DNA of 64,000 nt from Escherichia coli. Its GTDB lineage: Bacteria > Pseudomonadota > Gammaproteobacteria > Enterobacterales > Enterobacteriaceae. The notes under the pieces were generated by a model. It saw only the letters and a program-made list of their open reading frames with translations, had not been told where the DNA came from and did no database searches. Positions 22,441 to 36,329 of this stretch are shown here, in pieces. Each line of letters starts with the position of its first letter. Positions within the stretch are counted from its first letter, which is position 1. The translations under genes and the position numbers were made by a program. The stretch is from NCBI RefSeq assembly GCF_965641715.1, contig NZ_OZ282453.1; one strand, 5' to 3'.

Positions 22441-24900
22441 ATGGATGCCGTGAATATTTATCGACTCTCTGTTCTTTCCTGTCTGGCAATGGTAACCCCT
22501 CCTGCGCTGACAGCTGAATTTAACCTTAACGTTCTCGATAAGTCGATTCGGGATAGCGTTGATATTTCGTTGCTCAATCAAAAAGGCGTCGTAGCTCCCG
22601 GCGATTACTTTGTTAGTGTTACGGTTAATAATAATAAAATCAGTAATGGGCAACAAATTCGCTGGCAAAAATCTGGCGATAAAATTATTCCTTGTATCAA
22701 TGAATCGCTGATCGAACTCTTCGGACTTAAATCTGACTTTCGTAAAAAATTACCTGCAATAAAAGAATGTGTCGATTTTAGTGTCTTCCCTGAAATCATC
22801 TTTACTTTCGATCAGGCAAATCAACAGCTCAATATTACAATCCCGCAGGCATGGCTGGCGTGGCATTCAGAAAACTGGACGCCACCCTCAACGTGGAATA
22901 ACGGTATTCCTGGCTTCCTGATGGATTACAACCTGTTTGCCAGCACTTATCGCCCACAAAGCGGCAGCAGCAGCAACAACCTGAACGCCTATGGCACCAC
23001 GGGCCTCAACGCCGGGGCATGGCGTCTGCGCAGCGATTATCAGCTTAGCCAGTCCGATAGCGGCGACAACCGTGAACAATCTGGGGCGATTTCACGGACC
23101 TACCTGTTCCGCCCGTTACCGCAAATAGGTTCCCGATTAACCCTGGGCGAAACCGATTTTAGCTCTAACATTTTTGATGGTTTCTCCTATACCGGTGCGG
23201 CGTTAGCCAGCGACGATCGAATGCTCCCCTGGGAGTTACGCGGCTACGCGCCGCAAATCAGCGGCATCGCACAGACTAACGCCACGGTCACGATAAGCCA
23301 TTCTGGTCGCGTGATTTACCAGAAAAAAGTTCCGCCAGGCCCATTTATTATTGATGACCTGAATCAGTCAGTGCAAGGTACACTGGATGTCAAAGTGAGC
23401 GAAGAAGATGGACGGGTGAATAACTTCCAGGTTTCAGCGGCCTCTACCCCGTTCCTGACGCGTCAGGGCCAGGTGCGCTATAAACTGGCTGCCGGTCGCC
23501 CGCGTTCCTCTATGTCGCACCACACCGAGGATGAAACCTTCATTAGCCATGAAGTCTCCTGGGGGATGCTCTCCAACACTTCACTATATGGCGGCATGCT
23601 TCTCGCAGGCGATGACTATCGTTCCGGCGCGCTGGGTATTGGGCAAAATATGCTCTGGCTGGGGGCGCTGTCGTTTGACGTGACCTGGGCCGACAGCCAT
23701 TTTGATACCCAACAGGATGAGCAGGGTTACAGCTACCGCTTTAACTACAGCAAACAGGTTGATGCGACCAACAGCACCATCTCATTGGCAGCCTATCGCT
23801 TCTCCGATCGCCATTTTCACAGCTACGCTAACTACATTGATCACAAATACAATGACGCCGACGCGCAGGATGAAAAGCAAACCATCAGCCTCTCCTTCGG
23901 TCAGCCTATTACTCCGCTGAATCTTAATCTCTACGCCAACATCCTGCATCAGAGCTGGTGGAATGCGGATACCTCCACCACGGCCAACATTACCGCCGGT
24001 TTTAACGTCGACATTGGCGACTGGAAAGATATTTCTGTCTCGACCTCGTTCAACACCACCCATTATGAAGATAAAGATCGCGACAACCAGATTTACTTTT
24101 CGATCTCCTTACCGATTGGGGAAAGTGGTCGACTGGGTTATGACATGCAGAACAACAGTAATACTACCACCCACCGCATGTCGTGGAACGATACCCTGGA
24201 TGAACGAAACAGTTGGGGAATGTCGGCTGGAATACAATCCGATCGCCCGGATAACGGTGCGCAGGTCAGCGGCAATTACCAACACCTCAGTTCGGCGGGG
24301 GAATGGGATCTGACCGGAACCTATGCCGCCAATGATTACACTTCCGCCAGTGCCAGTTGGAGCGGCTCGTTTACCGCGACTCAACATGGCGCGGCATTCC
24401 ATCGCCGCAGTTCCACCAATGAACCACGCCTGATGGTCAGCACCGACGGCGTGGGCGATATTCCGATTCAGGGCAATATTGACTACACCAACCGCTTTGG
24501 TATTGCCGTGGTACCGTTTGTTTCCAGCTACCAGCCTACGACGGTGGCGGTCAATATGAACGACTTGCCTGACGGCGTTACCGTTTCCGAAAACGTGGTG
24601 AAAGAAACCTGGACCGAAGGCGCCATCGGCTTTAAATCGCTGGCGTCCCGCGCCGGGAAAGATCTCAACGTCATTATCAGCGATGCTAACGGGCATTTCC
24701 CGCCGCTCGGTGCCGATGTTCGCCAGGCTGAAGGCGGTGTCAGCGTCGGGATGGTTGGCGAAAACGGTCACGCATGGCTGAGTGGGGTCGATGAAAATCA
24801 ACAATTTACCGTGCACTGGGGCGACCAGAAAACGTGTGCCATTCATCTGCCGGAACATCTGGAAGATGTGACTAATCGCCTGATTTTACCCTGTCATTAA
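22441..24900 (+). CDS. ybgQ: fimbrial outer-membrane usher
   Basis: 819 aa usher-like protein; small hairpin (aaggcggctgattagccgcctt, 22399-22420) upstream, as often found after major subunit genes. Confidence 0.85.
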   Translation: MDAVNIYRLSVLSCLAMVTPPALTAEFNLNVLDKSIRDSVDISLLNQKGVVAPGDYFVSVTVNNNKISNGQQIRWQKSGDKIIPCINESLIELFGLKSDFRKKLPAIKECVDFSVFPEIIFTFDQANQQLNITIPQAWLAWHSENWTPPSTWNNGIPGFLMDYNLFASTYRPQSGSSSNNLNAYGTTGLNAGAWRLRSDYQLSQSDSGDNREQSGAISRTYLFRPLPQIGSRLTLGETDFSSNIFDGFSYTGAALASDDRMLPWELRGYAPQISGIAQTNATVTISHSGRVIYQKKVPPGPFIIDDLNQSVQGTLDVKVSEEDGRVNNFQVSAASTPFLTRQGQVRYKLAAGRPRSSMSHHTEDETFISHEVSWGMLSNTSLYGGMLLAGDDYRSGALGIGQNMLWLGALSFDVTWADSHFDTQQDEQGYSYRFNYSKQVDATNSTISLAAYRFSDRHFHSYANYIDHKYNDADAQDEKQTISLSFGQPITPLNLNLYANILHQSWWNADTSTTANITAGFNVDIGDWKDISVSTSFNTTHYEDKDRDNQIYFSISLPIGESGRLGYDMQNNSNTTTHRMSWNDTLDERNSWGMSAGIQSDRPDNGAQVSGNYQHLSSAGEWDLTGTYAANDYTSASASWSGSFTATQHGAAFHRRSSTNEPRLMVSTDGVGDIPIQGNIDYTNRFGIAVVPFVSSYQPTTVAVNMNDLPDGVTVSENVVKETWTEGAIGFKSLASRAGKDLNVIISDANGHFPPLGADVRQAEGGVSVGMVGENGHAWLSGVDENQQFTVHWGDQKTCAIHLPEHLEDVTNRLILPCH

Positions 24901-24914
24901 TTAAGGAAAAGACG

Positions 24915-25646
24915 ATGACATTTGTTAAAGGATTCCCTTTGATTCTTCTGGTTGCCAGTATGTGCAGCCACGGCGCAGTGCAGCCTGACCGCACGCGCAT
25001 CATCTTTAATAGCAAAGATAAAGCAACCAGCCTGCGCGTGGAAAACCGCAGCGATAAACTCCCCTACCTCGCCTATTCATGGATAGAAAATGAAAAGGGA
25101 GAGAAAAGCGATGAATTTCTCGTCGCCCTGCCGCCTATCCAGCGACTGGAGCCAAAAGCGACTTCGCAGGTTCGGATCATGAAACAAGCCGCCACCGCGA
25201 AATTACCCACCGATCGCGAATCTCTCTTTTACTATAACCTGCGTGAAATTCCGCCTGTCCCGGAAGGCAGCGAGGGCCATGCGATCCTGCAAGTCGCCGT
25301 CCAAAGTCGCATTAAGCTATTCTGGCGACCCGCCGCATTACGCAAAAAAATGGGCGATCATGTTGAGCAACAGCTACAGGTTAGCCAGCAGAATAACCAG
25401 CTTACCCTGAAAAACCCGACCGGATACTATCTGACTATTGCCTATCTTGGGCGGGATGAGAAAGGCGTGCTGCCTGGCTTTAAAAGCACGATGGTCGCAC
25501 CGTTCAGTTCGGTCACCACCAGCACGGGCAGCTATAGCGGCAAGCAGTTTTATCTTGGCTACATGGACGACTACGGCGCATTGCGTATGAACACGCTCTC
25601 CTGCCAGCGGCAATGCCGCCTGCAGCCGGTGGAGAATAAAAAATGA
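24915..25646 (+). CDS. ybgP: fimbrial periplasmic chaperone
   Basis: 243 aa with signal peptide, PapD-like. Confidence 0.85.
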   Translation: MTFVKGFPLILLVASMCSHGAVQPDRTRIIFNSKDKATSLRVENRSDKLPYLAYSWIENEKGEKSDEFLVALPPIQRLEPKATSQVRIMKQAATAKLPTDRESLFYYNLREIPPVPEGSEGHAILQVAVQSRIKLFWRPAALRKKMGDHVEQQLQVSQQNNQLTLKNPTGYYLTIAYLGRDEKGVLPGFKSTMVAPFSSVTTSTGSYSGKQFYLGYMDDYGALRMNTLSCQRQCRLQPVENKK

Positions 25647-26704
25647 GATTCGCCAAAGGCGTGTTGCTCGCCATCTGTCTGATTTTTTTGCCGCTAAAAG
25701 CGGCGCTGGCGCTGAACTGCTATTTTGGTACCGCAAACGGCGCTGTAGAAAAATCGGAAGCTATTATGCCCTTCGCCGTTCCGGCCAATTCCAAACCCGG
25801 CGATAAAATCTGGGAATCTGACGATATAAAAATTCCGGTCTACTGTGACAACAACACAAACGGTAATTTTGAAAGCGAGCACGTCTACGCCTGGGTAAAC
25901 CCTTACCCCGGTATTCAGGATCCCTATTATCAATTGGGCGTAACCTATGAAGGCGTGGACTATGACGCAAGCCTTGGGAAAAGCCGCATCGACACGAATC
26001 AGTGCATCGACAGTAAGAATATTGATATTTACACCCCGGAGCAGATCATTGCGATGGGCTGGCAAAATAAACTTTGCTCCGGCGATCCAACCGTTATGCA
26101 CAAATCGCGGACGTTTGTGGCGCGTATGCGGCTTTACGTTAAAGTTCGCGCCATGCCGCCCCATGATTATCAGAGCAAACTCAGCGATTACATCGTCGTA
26201 CAGTTTGATGGCGCAGGCAGCGTGAACGAAGACCCTACCGCGAAGAATCTGAAATATCACATTACCGGTCTGGAAAATATCCGCGTGCTGGATTGCAGCG
26301 TCAACTTTGCTATCTCACCTGAAACCCAGGTCGTTGATTTTGGCCGATTTAACGTGCTGGATATTCGTCGCCATACGATGTCGCAGCAATTTAAAATAAC
26401 TACAACCAAATCACAAAACGACCAGTGTACCGACGGTTTTAAAGTCAGCTCTTCGTTTTATACCGATAAAACCCTTATCGACGAAGATAAATCACTGCTC
26501 ATTGGCAATGGCCTGAAGCTTCGATTGTTGGATGAAAATGCCTCACCCTATACTTTCAACAAATACAGTGAGTATGCCGATTTTACCAGCGACCTGTTAG
26601 TGTATGAAAAAACCTACACGGCAGAATTGTCATCCACGCCGGGTACGCCCATCGACGTTGGTCCCTTTGATACAGTGGTACTTTTCAAAATTAACTACAA
26701 CTGA
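25643..26704 (+). CDS. ybgO: fimbrial adhesin-like protein
   Basis: 353 aa with signal peptide; start overlaps the ybgP stop. Confidence 0.8.
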   Translation: MRFAKGVLLAICLIFLPLKAALALNCYFGTANGAVEKSEAIMPFAVPANSKPGDKIWESDDIKIPVYCDNNTNGNFESEHVYAWVNPYPGIQDPYYQLGVTYEGVDYDASLGKSRIDTNQCIDSKNIDIYTPEQIIAMGWQNKLCSGDPTVMHKSRTFVARMRLYVKVRAMPPHDYQSKLSDYIVVQFDGAGSVNEDPTAKNLKYHITGLENIRVLDCSVNFAISPETQVVDFGRFNVLDIRRHTMSQQFKITTTKSQNDQCTDGFKVSSSFYTDKTLIDEDKSLLIGNGLKLRLLDENASPYTFNKYSEYADFTSDLLVYEKTYTAELSSTPGTPIDVGPFDTVVLFKINYN

Positions 26705-26852
26705 TTTAGCCTATTGCCCTTTCCAGCCGGAGAGGGCTTCTTCGGTTAATTGCCAATTTTCCGGCTTTTATTGATTACCGTTATTTTTTCCATGCCCGGC
26801 ATTCTTTATGCTGTATCGATACACCAAAGAGTAAATAATGAGGGAGCAAAGG

Positions 26853-27899
26853 ATGCCAGTTTTGCAGTGGGGAATGTTATGTGTGCTATCACTTCTCCTT
26901 TCTATTGGTTTCCTCGCGGTACATCTCCCGGCGGCATTATTACTTGGGCCGATGATCGCCGGGATCATCTTCAGTATGCGCGGGGTTACCCTGCAACTCC
27001 CCCGCTCCGCTTTTCTCGCCGCGCAGGCCATTCTTGGCTGCATGATTGCGCAAAACTTGACCGGTTCGATCCTGACCACGCTGGCGGTTAACTGGCCGAT
27101 TGTGTTAGCTATTTTACTGGTGACGTTGCTTTCCAGCGCTATCGTGGGATGGCTACTGGTGCGCTATAGCTCACTGCCCGGAAATACTGGTGCCTGGGGC
27201 TCCTCGCCTGGCGGGGCGGCGGCAATGGTCGCGATGGCGCAGGATTACGGCGCAGATATCCGCCTGGTGGCGTTTATGCAGTATCTGCGAGTGCTGTTTG
27301 TCGCGGGGGCCGCAGTTCTGGTCACGCGAATGATGCTGGGCGATAACGCTGAAGCGGTTAACCAGCATATCGTCTGGTTCCCGCCAGTGAGCATTAATCT
27401 CCTGCTTACTATTTTGCTCGCGGTCGTTGCCGGTACAGTGGGATGCCTGCTGCGTCTTCCTTCCGGCACGATGCTCATCCCGATGCTGGCGGGCGCAGTG
27501 CTCCAGTCTGGTCAGCTCATCACCATCGAACTACCGGAATGGCTGCTGGCGATGGCGTATATGGCAATTGGCTGGCGGATTGGTCTTGGTTTCGATAAAC
27601 AAATCTTACTGCGGGCACTACGCCCGCTACCACAAATCCTGCTGTCGATTTTTGCTCTGCTGGCTATTTGTGCGGGTATGGCGTGGGGACTGACACGGTT
27701 TATGCACATTGATTTTATGACTGCCTACCTCGCCACCAGCCCCGGCGGGCTTGATACCGTGGCGGTCATCGCCGCAGGGAGCAATGCCGATATGGCGCTC
27801 ATTATGGCGATGCAAACCCTGCGCCTGTTCAGTATTTTGCTGACAGGGCCTGCCATTGCGCGGTTTATTTCAACCTATGCGCCGAAACGTACGGCCTAG
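26853..27899 (+). CDS. abrB: AbrB-family membrane protein (putative regulator of aidB)
   Basis: Start taken at [21 protein letters not shown]…; 3' end overlaps the convergent nei stop. Confidence 0.85.
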   Translation: MPVLQWGMLCVLSLLLSIGFLAVHLPAALLLGPMIAGIIFSMRGVTLQLPRSAFLAAQAILGCMIAQNLTGSILTTLAVNWPIVLAILLVTLLSSAIVGWLLVRYSSLPGNTGAWGSSPGGAAAMVAMAQDYGADIRLVAFMQYLRVLFVAGAAVLVTRMMLGDNAEAVNQHIVWFPPVSINLLLTILLAVVAGTVGCLLRLPSGTMLIPMLAGAVLQSGQLITIELPEWLLAMAYMAIGWRIGLGFDKQILLRALRPLPQILLSIFALLAICAGMAWGLTRFMHIDFMTAYLATSPGGLDTVAVIAAGSNADMALIMAMQTLRLFSILLTGPAIARFISTYAPKRTA

Positions 27900-28687
27900 T
27901 GCTGGCAGCCCGGACACCAGTAAAACGGGCGAGATGACAGCGTGGTTTTCTCAATGATGCCGCCACAGCGTTCGCACAGTTCGCCATCACGATGAAAAAC
28001 CTTAAAGCGAAACAGCGCCCCATGATGCTTATTCTCATCCACCTGCCCCCGCGTAGCGTAAGAAAACCGAGGAATATCCAGTAACGCGTGTGCGAGTGCA
28101 TCCAGTTGCGCCGCATTGAGGTCTTTCGCTTTATGATTTGCAGTCAACCCAACCTGCCAGAGGATCTCCACCCGCAAATAATTGCCAAGTCCTGCCAGAA
28201 ACGCCTGATCGAGCAGTAATCCAGCAAACTGACGGTTACGAAAGCGCGGCGACAATAATCGTTCCTTTACCACCTCCGGCGTCAGATTCGGATCCAGCAC
28301 ATCGGGACCAACGCGTTGTAAAAACGGATGCGTGGTCAGTTGTTCCGGGGTCAACATCTCAATATCCGAGGCACTATAAAGCAGAATGGTTTTGTCAGCC
28401 GTTTGCAGTTTTACCCGCAATACTCGCGTGGTCTGCGACTCTTCGCCGGTATCAACCACGCGCCAGACGCCATAAAGCTGATTATGGCTGTAGAGCGTTA
28501 AGTCGTTGGAAAAATGAGTTAACAACGCCTTACCACGCGTTTCCACATGGGTAACGTGTTGACCGATAAGTTGTGATTGATAAGTTTTTAACTGCGGGAA
28601 GGCAAACCAGACATCAGTTAGTGGTTTGCCTTTGATCGCCGCCTCCAGGTTATCCGCTGCACGGCGGATCTCCGGGCCTTCAGGCAT
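27896..28687 (-). CDS. nei: endonuclease VIII (DNA glycosylase/AP lyase)
   Basis: 263 aa, [26 protein letters not shown]…; C-terminal zinc finger CPGCQ. Confidence 0.95.
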   Translation of the reverse strand: MPEGPEIRRAADNLEAAIKGKPLTDVWFAFPQLKTYQSQLIGQHVTHVETRGKALLTHFSNDLTLYSHNQLYGVWRVVDTGEESQTTRVLRVKLQTADKTILLYSASDIEMLTPEQLTTHPFLQRVGPDVLDPNLTPEVVKERLLSPRFRNRQFAGLLLDQAFLAGLGNYLRVEILWQVGLTANHKAKDLNAAQLDALAHALLDIPRFSYATRGQVDENKHHGALFRFKVFHRDGELCERCGGIIEKTTLSSRPFYWCPGCQH

Positions 28688-28722
28688 GGTGATATCCTTT
28701 TTTCATTCTTTATTAAACGGGG

Positions 28723-29457
28723 TTATGCTGCGACAACAATCCCCTTTTCGGCAAATGTAGAGCGTAGTCGGCGGGCGAATGCCAGTGCGTGCTCGCCGTC
28801 GCCATGCAGGCAGACCGTTTGCGCCGTGACCGTTGCCCATTCGCCGGTGATACTTTTGACTCTGCCGTGTTGCACCATCTCCAACGTTTGCGCAAGCGCC
28901 TGTTCTTCGTCTTCAATCAGCGCGCCTGACTGGCTTCGCGGCACCAGCGAGCCGTCAGCCTGATAACCGCGATCGGCAAACACTTCCTCGCGCGTTGTCA
29001 GGCCATATTGCTTGCCTGCACGAATCAGCTCGCTTCCTGCCAGCCCAACGAGAACCAATGCTGGATCGCAAGCGTATACCGCTCTGGCGATGGCGTCAGC
29101 CAGTTGTGCCTCTTTCGCCGCCTGGTTGTATAACATGCCGTGCGGTTTGACATGACGCATTACACCGCCTTGCGCACGGGTAATCGTTGCCAGCGCGCCA
29201 ATTTGATACAGCGTCTGGGCGTAAACGGTTTCTGGCGGCAGCTGCATAGCGCTGCGACCAAAATTTTCCCTGTCGGGAAAACTCGGATGAGCGCCAATCG
29301 CGACACCATTTTTTATTGCTTCACGCACGCAAGCTTGCATGGTTTGCGCATCGCCTGCATGAAATCCACAGGCAATATTGGCAGAGGAAACCAGCGTTAA
29401 TAGCTCTGCGTCGCTGGTGCAGCCTTCGCCCAGATCGGCGTTCAGGTCAATTTTCAT
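28723..29457 (-). CDS. pxpA: 5-oxoprolinase subunit A (LamB/YcsF family)
   Basis: 244 aa, [36 protein letters not shown]…; formerly ybgL. Confidence 0.9.
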   Translation of the reverse strand: MKIDLNADLGEGCTSDAELLTLVSSANIACGFHAGDAQTMQACVREAIKNGVAIGAHPSFPDRENFGRSAMQLPPETVYAQTLYQIGALATITRAQGGVMRHVKPHGMLYNQAAKEAQLADAIARAVYACDPALVLVGLAGSELIRAGKQYGLTTREEVFADRGYQADGSLVPRSQSGALIEDEEQALAQTLEMVQHGRVKSITGEWATVTAQTVCLHGDGEHALAFARRLRSTFAEKGIVVAA

Positions 29458-30379
29458 TGTGCAGTCGCCACGCTAATTGTTCAAAATAACGTTGCTGATC
29501 TTGCCGCGCTTTCAGTGCCTCTTCCAGTGAACACTGGACAAAATGAATCGGCTGACCGAGCGGAATTTGCGCCAGATGGTACATATCAGCCTCAATGATA
29601 CAGGCAATACGTGGATAACCACCGGTGGTCTGTGCGTCGTTCATCAACACAATGGGCTGCCCGTTATGCGGCACCTGCACCACGCCCGGTAACAAACCGT
29701 GAGATAACAGTTCGCGATCGGTGGTGCGTTTTAAAATTTGCCCCTGTAAGCGATAGCCCATGCGGTTACTTTGCGGGCTAAGCTGCCAGGGCGAACGCCA
29801 GAATGCATCCTGCGAGGCGCGATCGAACTCATGATATTCCGGCCCCGGCAAGGCGCGAATGCGGTTGCCCCACAGCAGCTGTTTAACGCCCTGCGCTTCC
29901 ATAAAATCACGCTTCGATTTGCCAATCGGGAGTCGGTCACCATCCTTCAGTAAACGGCCTTCCAGCCCGCCAATCCCCACTTTGAGATCGGTGCTGCATG
30001 ACCCCATTACCGGCGGAACATCAATACCACCCGCGACCGCCAGATAACTGCGCATCCCGTGCTGCGGGCGTTTAAGCGTTAAACGCTGGCCTGCTTTCAT
30101 CGGCAATCGCCAGCCGGTCCAGACGGCATTATCATCCAGCAGCGCTTCGCAACCGGCACCCGTCAGAGCAAACCACCCATCAGTTTCGAACTCAACCGTT
30201 AACTGACCGAGCGTGATCTCCAGCGCGGGGGCATTGGCGTCATTACCCACCAGCAGGTTAGCAATGCGTAACGCAGGCATATCCAGTGCGCCGCAGTGGC
30301 TGATACCCGACTGGCGAAAACCGTGACGACCGCCATCTTGCACAGTGGTATACATGCCCGCACGAATAATCTTCAGCAT
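29447..30379 (-). CDS. pxpC: 5-oxoprolinase subunit C
   Basis: 310 aa; formerly ybgK; overlaps its neighbours. Confidence 0.9.
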
Positions 30380-31029
30380 ACTCCCTCCTTTTGCGGTACA
30401 AAGCGCACGCTGTCTCCCGGACGTAATAAGATGGGTTCGTCACGCGCCGGATCAAACAGGCTGAGTGAGGTATGACCAATCAACTGCCAGCCACCCGGCG
30501 TTGCCAGCGGATAAACACCAGTCTGCGGCCCGCCGATCCCGACAGAACCTGCCGGAACGAGCAAGCGCGGTTCAGCGCGCCGTGGCGTGTGTAGTTGTTC
30601 CGGCAAACTCCCGAGATACGGGAAGCCCGGTTGAAAACCTAAGAACCAGACCACGTATTCCACGGAGGAGTGCAATTCAACAACCTGTTTTTCGCTCAAC
30701 CCGCAATGCGCCGCGACCACCGCCAAATCCGGTCCGCCTGCACCACCGTAAACCACCGGAATTTCAATAAAGCGAGACTCAGGTTCCAGGGCCTCGCTCT
30801 CCTCCCACCAGCGTTGCAAACGCTCTATGGCATCCAGCGCCAGCGACTCAGGATTACGCAAAATCACCGTGATATTGTTCATGCCGGGAATGGCTTCAAC
30901 CACATTCGGCATATCCACCAGACGCTGCGCCAGTCGCCAGATCCGTTTCTGGCTAGCCAGCGTCACCGGCGGTTCCAGTTCCAGCACTACCGCCGTTTCA
31001 CCTATCAGATAACAACGCGCTCGTTGCAC
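30373..31029 (-). CDS. pxpB: 5-oxoprolinase subunit B
   Basis: 218 aa; formerly ybgJ. Confidence 0.9.
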
Positions 31030-31051
31030 TTTCGATCCCTCTGATTATTCG

Positions 31052-31795
31052 TTATGCAGGATTAGGAATATCAATAAAGGTCACATCAAGATCGGTATTT
31101 TCGTTCAGCCACTCGCTCAATGCGCGAATACCACCACGTTCAGTGGCATGGTGACCTGCAGCATAAAAATGCAATCCCTGCTCGCGGGCTGAATGAATGG
31201 TCTGTTCAGAAACTTCGCCAGTAATAAAAGCATCCACGCCAAAACGCGCGGCACTATCGATAAAACTTTGCCCGCCGCCCGTGCACCAGGCAACACGCTG
31301 GACCACCTCAGGTCCGGTATCGCCACACCATAACGGCTTACGTCCCAGGCGCGCTTCAATCCAGGAAGCCAGCTCCAGTCCCGGCACAGGCATGGTCAGC
31401 TCTCCCCACGGCACCAACGGCTCAATTTCGCCCATGACCGTGATCCCCAGTAACGCCGCCAGCTGTGCGTTATTGCCCAGCTCAGGATGTGCGTCAAGCG
31501 GCAAATGCCAGCCATACAGGTTGATATCATTCGCCAGCAACGTTTTTAAACGGTTACGCTTCATGCCGCGAATGACCGGAGATTCGCCTTTCCAGAAGTA
31601 GCCATGATGCACAATGACCGCATCCGCGCCCAGACGCACTGCCTCATCGAGCAAAGCCTGGCTGGCGGTGACACCGGTAACAATTTTTTGCACCGTCTCT
31701 TTGCCTTCCACCTGCAAACCATTCGGCGCGTAATCACTAATCGCCGCGCTGTTCAGTTTTTCGTTAATCAGTTGTTCCAGTTCGGTGTTTTTCAT
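31052..31795 (-). CDS. ybgI: Nif3-family metal-binding protein (GTP cyclohydrolase 1 type 2 homolog)
   Basis: 247 aa, MKNTELEQLINEKLNSAAISDYAPNGLQVEG…. Confidence 0.9.
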   Translation of the reverse strand: MKNTELEQLINEKLNSAAISDYAPNGLQVEGKETVQKIVTGVTASQALLDEAVRLGADAVIVHHGYFWKGESPVIRGMKRNRLKTLLANDINLYGWHLPLDAHPELGNNAQLAALLGITVMGEIEPLVPWGELTMPVPGLELASWIEARLGRKPLWCGDTGPEVVQRVAWCTGGGQSFIDSAARFGVDAFITGEVSEQTIHSAREQGLHFYAAGHHATERGGIRALSEWLNENTDLDVTFIDIPNPA

Positions 31796-31882
31796 CTTCG
31801 CGCCTTCCGTATTCTGATAGCTACACCGTTAACATAGCGTTACCTCGCCTGTTCGTCGATAGCCAATCTTTTGACATATTAA

Positions 31883-33547
<1,665 letters not shown>

Positions 33548-33559
33548 TAGGCCAGCACC

Positions 33560-33675
33560 GATGCCTGATGCGACGCTTGACGCGTCTTATCAGGCCTACG
33601 TATTTCCTGCAATTTATTGAATTTGCACAAATTTGTAGGCTGGATAAGGCGTTCACGCCGCATCCGGCATCTGGG
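33560..33675. repeat. REP elements between dtpD and phr
   Basis: gcctgatgcgacgcttgacgcgtcttatcaggcctac and ggctggataaggcgttcacgccgcatccggc. Confidence 0.8.
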
Positions 33676-33696
33676 CTCGATTGCCTGACGCGTCTG

Positions 33697-35115
33697 TTAT
33701 TTCCCCTTCCGCGCCGCCTCATACGCTGCCAACGTTTGTACTCTCGCCTCTTTGTGCTCGACTATCGGTTGCGGATAATCCAGCTTCACACCTGCTTTCT
33801 GCGCCCACTTCCACGGCTCATGCACCGATTTCCCCGGTACATTGCGTAGTTCCGGTAGCCACTGGCGGATAAACTCGCCTTCGCGGTCAAATTTCTCGCC
33901 CTGGGTTGTCGGGTTGAAAATACGAAAATACGGCGCTGCATCAGTACCCGTAGAAGCCGCCCACTGCCAGCCACCGTTATTAGCTGCCAAATCACCATCA
34001 ATCAGCTGCGACATGAAATATCGCTCGCCTTCGCGCCAGTCGATCAATAAATCTTTCACCAGAAAACTGGCTGTAATCATCCGTAGCCGGTTATGCATCC
34101 AGCCAGTGCTATTAAGCTGACGCATGGCAGCATCGACAATCGGGTATCCCGTTTTGCCTTCCTGCCAGGCCTGTAAATGTGCGGGATTGCTCTGCCACTG
34201 CACACGATCCGTCCAGGCAATAAACGGACAATGTTTACACAACGAGGGGTGATACGTTATCAGGTGACGGTAAAACTCGCGCCAGATCAGCTCACTAAGC
34301 CAGACACTACCGGCCCCACCGTCCAGCGCCTGCGGCTGTTCCGCCAACAAGCGATGCAAACACTGGCGAGGCGATAACCCGCCCGTTGCCAGGCTGGCGG
34401 ACAAACGACTGGTGCCTTCCACTGCCGGAAAATCTCGTTGTTGCTCATATTCTCCGGCACCGTTCTGGCAAAACTGGCGTAATTGCGCAATCGCCGCTTT
34501 TTCTTCCACCGGGAAATGCGCAGTATCGAAAGACTGACGAGGATAATTCAGCGTAATGGATGGCGCGGGCTTTATCGATCCGCTACTACGAACTTTTGGT
34601 GCAGCGACGCACTCCGGCATCCCTTCCCGCAGCCGTTTCAGCCAGGCATTCTTAAAAGGCGTAAAGACTTTGTACATCTCATGATTGCCGGTCATCACCG
34701 CGCCAGGCGGCAGGATCACGCTGTCATCAAATCCTTCACACACCACGTTACGCAGCGTTCTCTCAACCTGCACATCCCGCGCCCGCTCATTCACCTCATA
34801 CTGATAGTTATAAAAAAGATGAGTAACGCTGTTTTCCGCGCACACCTGTTTAACTATTTCGACGCTGGCGGCAAAGTCATCCACTTCACGGAACAATAAA
34901 GGAATGCCTTTTTCCGCCAGCGCGATTTGTAGCCCGTTCAGTTGAGCATTGATAAGTTCAGCCTGACGCGGCGACATATTATGCGCCGCCCACTGGCGTG
35001 GTGTAGCGATATACAACGCCAGCACGCGTGCAGACGAATTGCGGCAGGCGGCAGCCAGCGCGAGATTATCATGCAGACGTAAATCCTGGCGAAACCAGAC
35101 CAGATGGGTAGTCAT
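33697..35115 (-). CDS. phr: deoxyribodipyrimidine photolyase
   Basis: 472 aa, MTTHLVWFRQDLRLHDNLALAAAC…. Confidence 0.95.
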   Translation of the reverse strand: MTTHLVWFRQDLRLHDNLALAAACRNSSARVLALYIATPRQWAAHNMSPRQAELINAQLNGLQIALAEKGIPLLFREVDDFAASVEIVKQVCAENSVTHLFYNYQYEVNERARDVQVERTLRNVVCEGFDDSVILPPGAVMTGNHEMYKVFTPFKNAWLKRLREGMPECVAAPKVRSSGSIKPAPSITLNYPRQSFDTAHFPVEEKAAIAQLRQFCQNGAGEYEQQRDFPAVEGTSRLSASLATGGLSPRQCLHRLLAEQPQALDGGAGSVWLSELIWREFYRHLITYHPSLCKHCPFIAWTDRVQWQSNPAHLQAWQEGKTGYPIVDAAMRQLNSTGWMHNRLRMITASFLVKDLLIDWREGERYFMSQLIDGDLAANNGGWQWAASTGTDAAPYFRIFNPTTQGEKFDREGEFIRQWLPELRNVPGKSVHEPWKWAQKAGVKLDYPQPIVEHKEARVQTLAAYEAARKGK

Positions 35116-35621
35116 AAAACTCCTGAATGGCGCAAGTTAATCACACGCGGCCAAAGTTCGAAATAACGCTGCCCTGAAAGCCAGGCGTCAGGATAAAGCG
35201 CCATATAGTGTTTGATACGCATCAGCGGCGCAAGAAGCGGTTGCTCGCCACGGCGATAACTGTCGATAAGCGCCGCCAGCTGCTGGCGTTCTGTGGCATC
35301 AATATGCGGGCGAAAATACCCCTGAACGTGCATCAAAACGTTGGTGTGATCGCGCGGGTTGGCGGGATGAGAAAGCAAAACAATTACGCGTTGGCGGTAC
35401 TGGCTGTAAAAATCATCCAGATTTTGCCACTGGTGAATATCAGCCACGAACGGGCCAAGTTTGCGGTATTCCGGCTGGGAATGAGCCAGAAAGACGAGTT
35501 TATAGCGGCTGTGATAATCGAGAAGCGCCCCGCGCGTTAAGCCATGTTCTTTCAGTCGATGTAACTCATGAAGGGCGAAGATACGGATTAGGGTGCTGTC
35601 ATCAAATCGTTGCTGATTCAT
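35112..35621 (-). CDS. ybgA: DUF1722-family protein YbgA
   Basis: Start taken at MNQQRFDDSTLIRIF… (169 aa); the ORF track's longer form to 35711 is less likely. Overlaps phr by 4 nt. Confidence 0.8.
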   Translation of the reverse strand: MNQQRFDDSTLIRIFALHELHRLKEHGLTRGALLDYHSRYKLVFLAHSQPEYRKLGPFVADIHQWQNLDDFYSQYRQRVIVLLSHPANPRDHTNVLMHVQGYFRPHIDATERQQLAALIDSYRRGEQPLLAPLMRIKHYMALYPDAWLSGQRYFELWPRVINLRHSGVL

Positions 35622-35721
35622 TACTGCTCCTGAACGGTTTACAGGAGTAAGTGTAGACGGCGAAAAGAAAAAACCGCCAGCGTTTCCACTAGCGGTTTTC
35701 AATGTATTCAAAACTCAGCAA

Positions 35722-35928
35722 TCAGTAAAAATCACCGGTTGCCTTTTCGGCCTGATCCATCCAAACCGGTTTATCGCTGGTTTTCGACCAGACGCGATGC
35801 AGGTAGCTGTAAAAGCGGGCGCGGTCTTTCCAGAAAAGCATGAAAGGCAGCGCCAGAACGCCCGCTGCAACCGCATAAGTACGGCGTAAAAAGATAAGCC
35901 ATGCAGGATATTCTCTGTAGAGTTCCAT
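35722..35928 (-). CDS. ybfA: small membrane-associated protein YbfA (DUF2517)
   Basis: 68 aa, [33 protein letters not shown]…. Confidence 0.85.
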
Positions 35929-36129
35929 ACTTTTCTCCCCCTTTTGTATCTACCCGGTGAATGGCACCGGAAAATGAATTTGTTTATCTGATGAAAATAG
36001 TACCGCCTTTTGTGTAATTTCACTACTCATCCGACCACTTATTTTTGCTTATTGATGGTTTATTTACATTCACCCTGTAATTAAGTTACACAAAAGTTAA
36101 ATTAATACTAAACATTAGTTAAATCATGG

Positions 36130-36239
36130 CTTTTGCCATTTTTATACTTTTTTTACACCCCGTCCGCAGATTTTTGCGAAATCTTTGCAGCCAGAATTCT
36201 ACCCTTCCGGTATCACTTTTAGGCCACTGGAGGTGCACT
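36130..36239 (+). promoter_or_regulatory. kdpFABC promoter with KdpE-binding T-rich direct repeat
   Basis: catttttatactttttttacaccccg at about 36137-36162, upstream of ttgcga; matches the K-12 kdp promoter/operator as recalled. Confidence 0.6.
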
Positions 36240-36329
36240 GTGAGTGCAGGCGTGATAGCCGGCGTGTTGCTGGTGTTTTTATTACTGGGTTATCTGGTTT
36301 ATGCCCTGATCAATGCGGAGGCATTCTGA
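36240..36329 (+). CDS. kdpF: K+-transporting ATPase subunit F
   Basis: 29 aa (M)[28 protein letters not shown] with a GTG start; the stop overlaps the kdpA start. Confidence 0.85.
   Translation: MSAGVIAGVLLVFLLLGYLVYALINAEAF

Noticed and set aside
35715-36023. 102-aa minus-strand ORF
   Set aside because: It overlaps ybfA in another frame; ybfA (68 aa) matches the known small protein and the alternative has no support.
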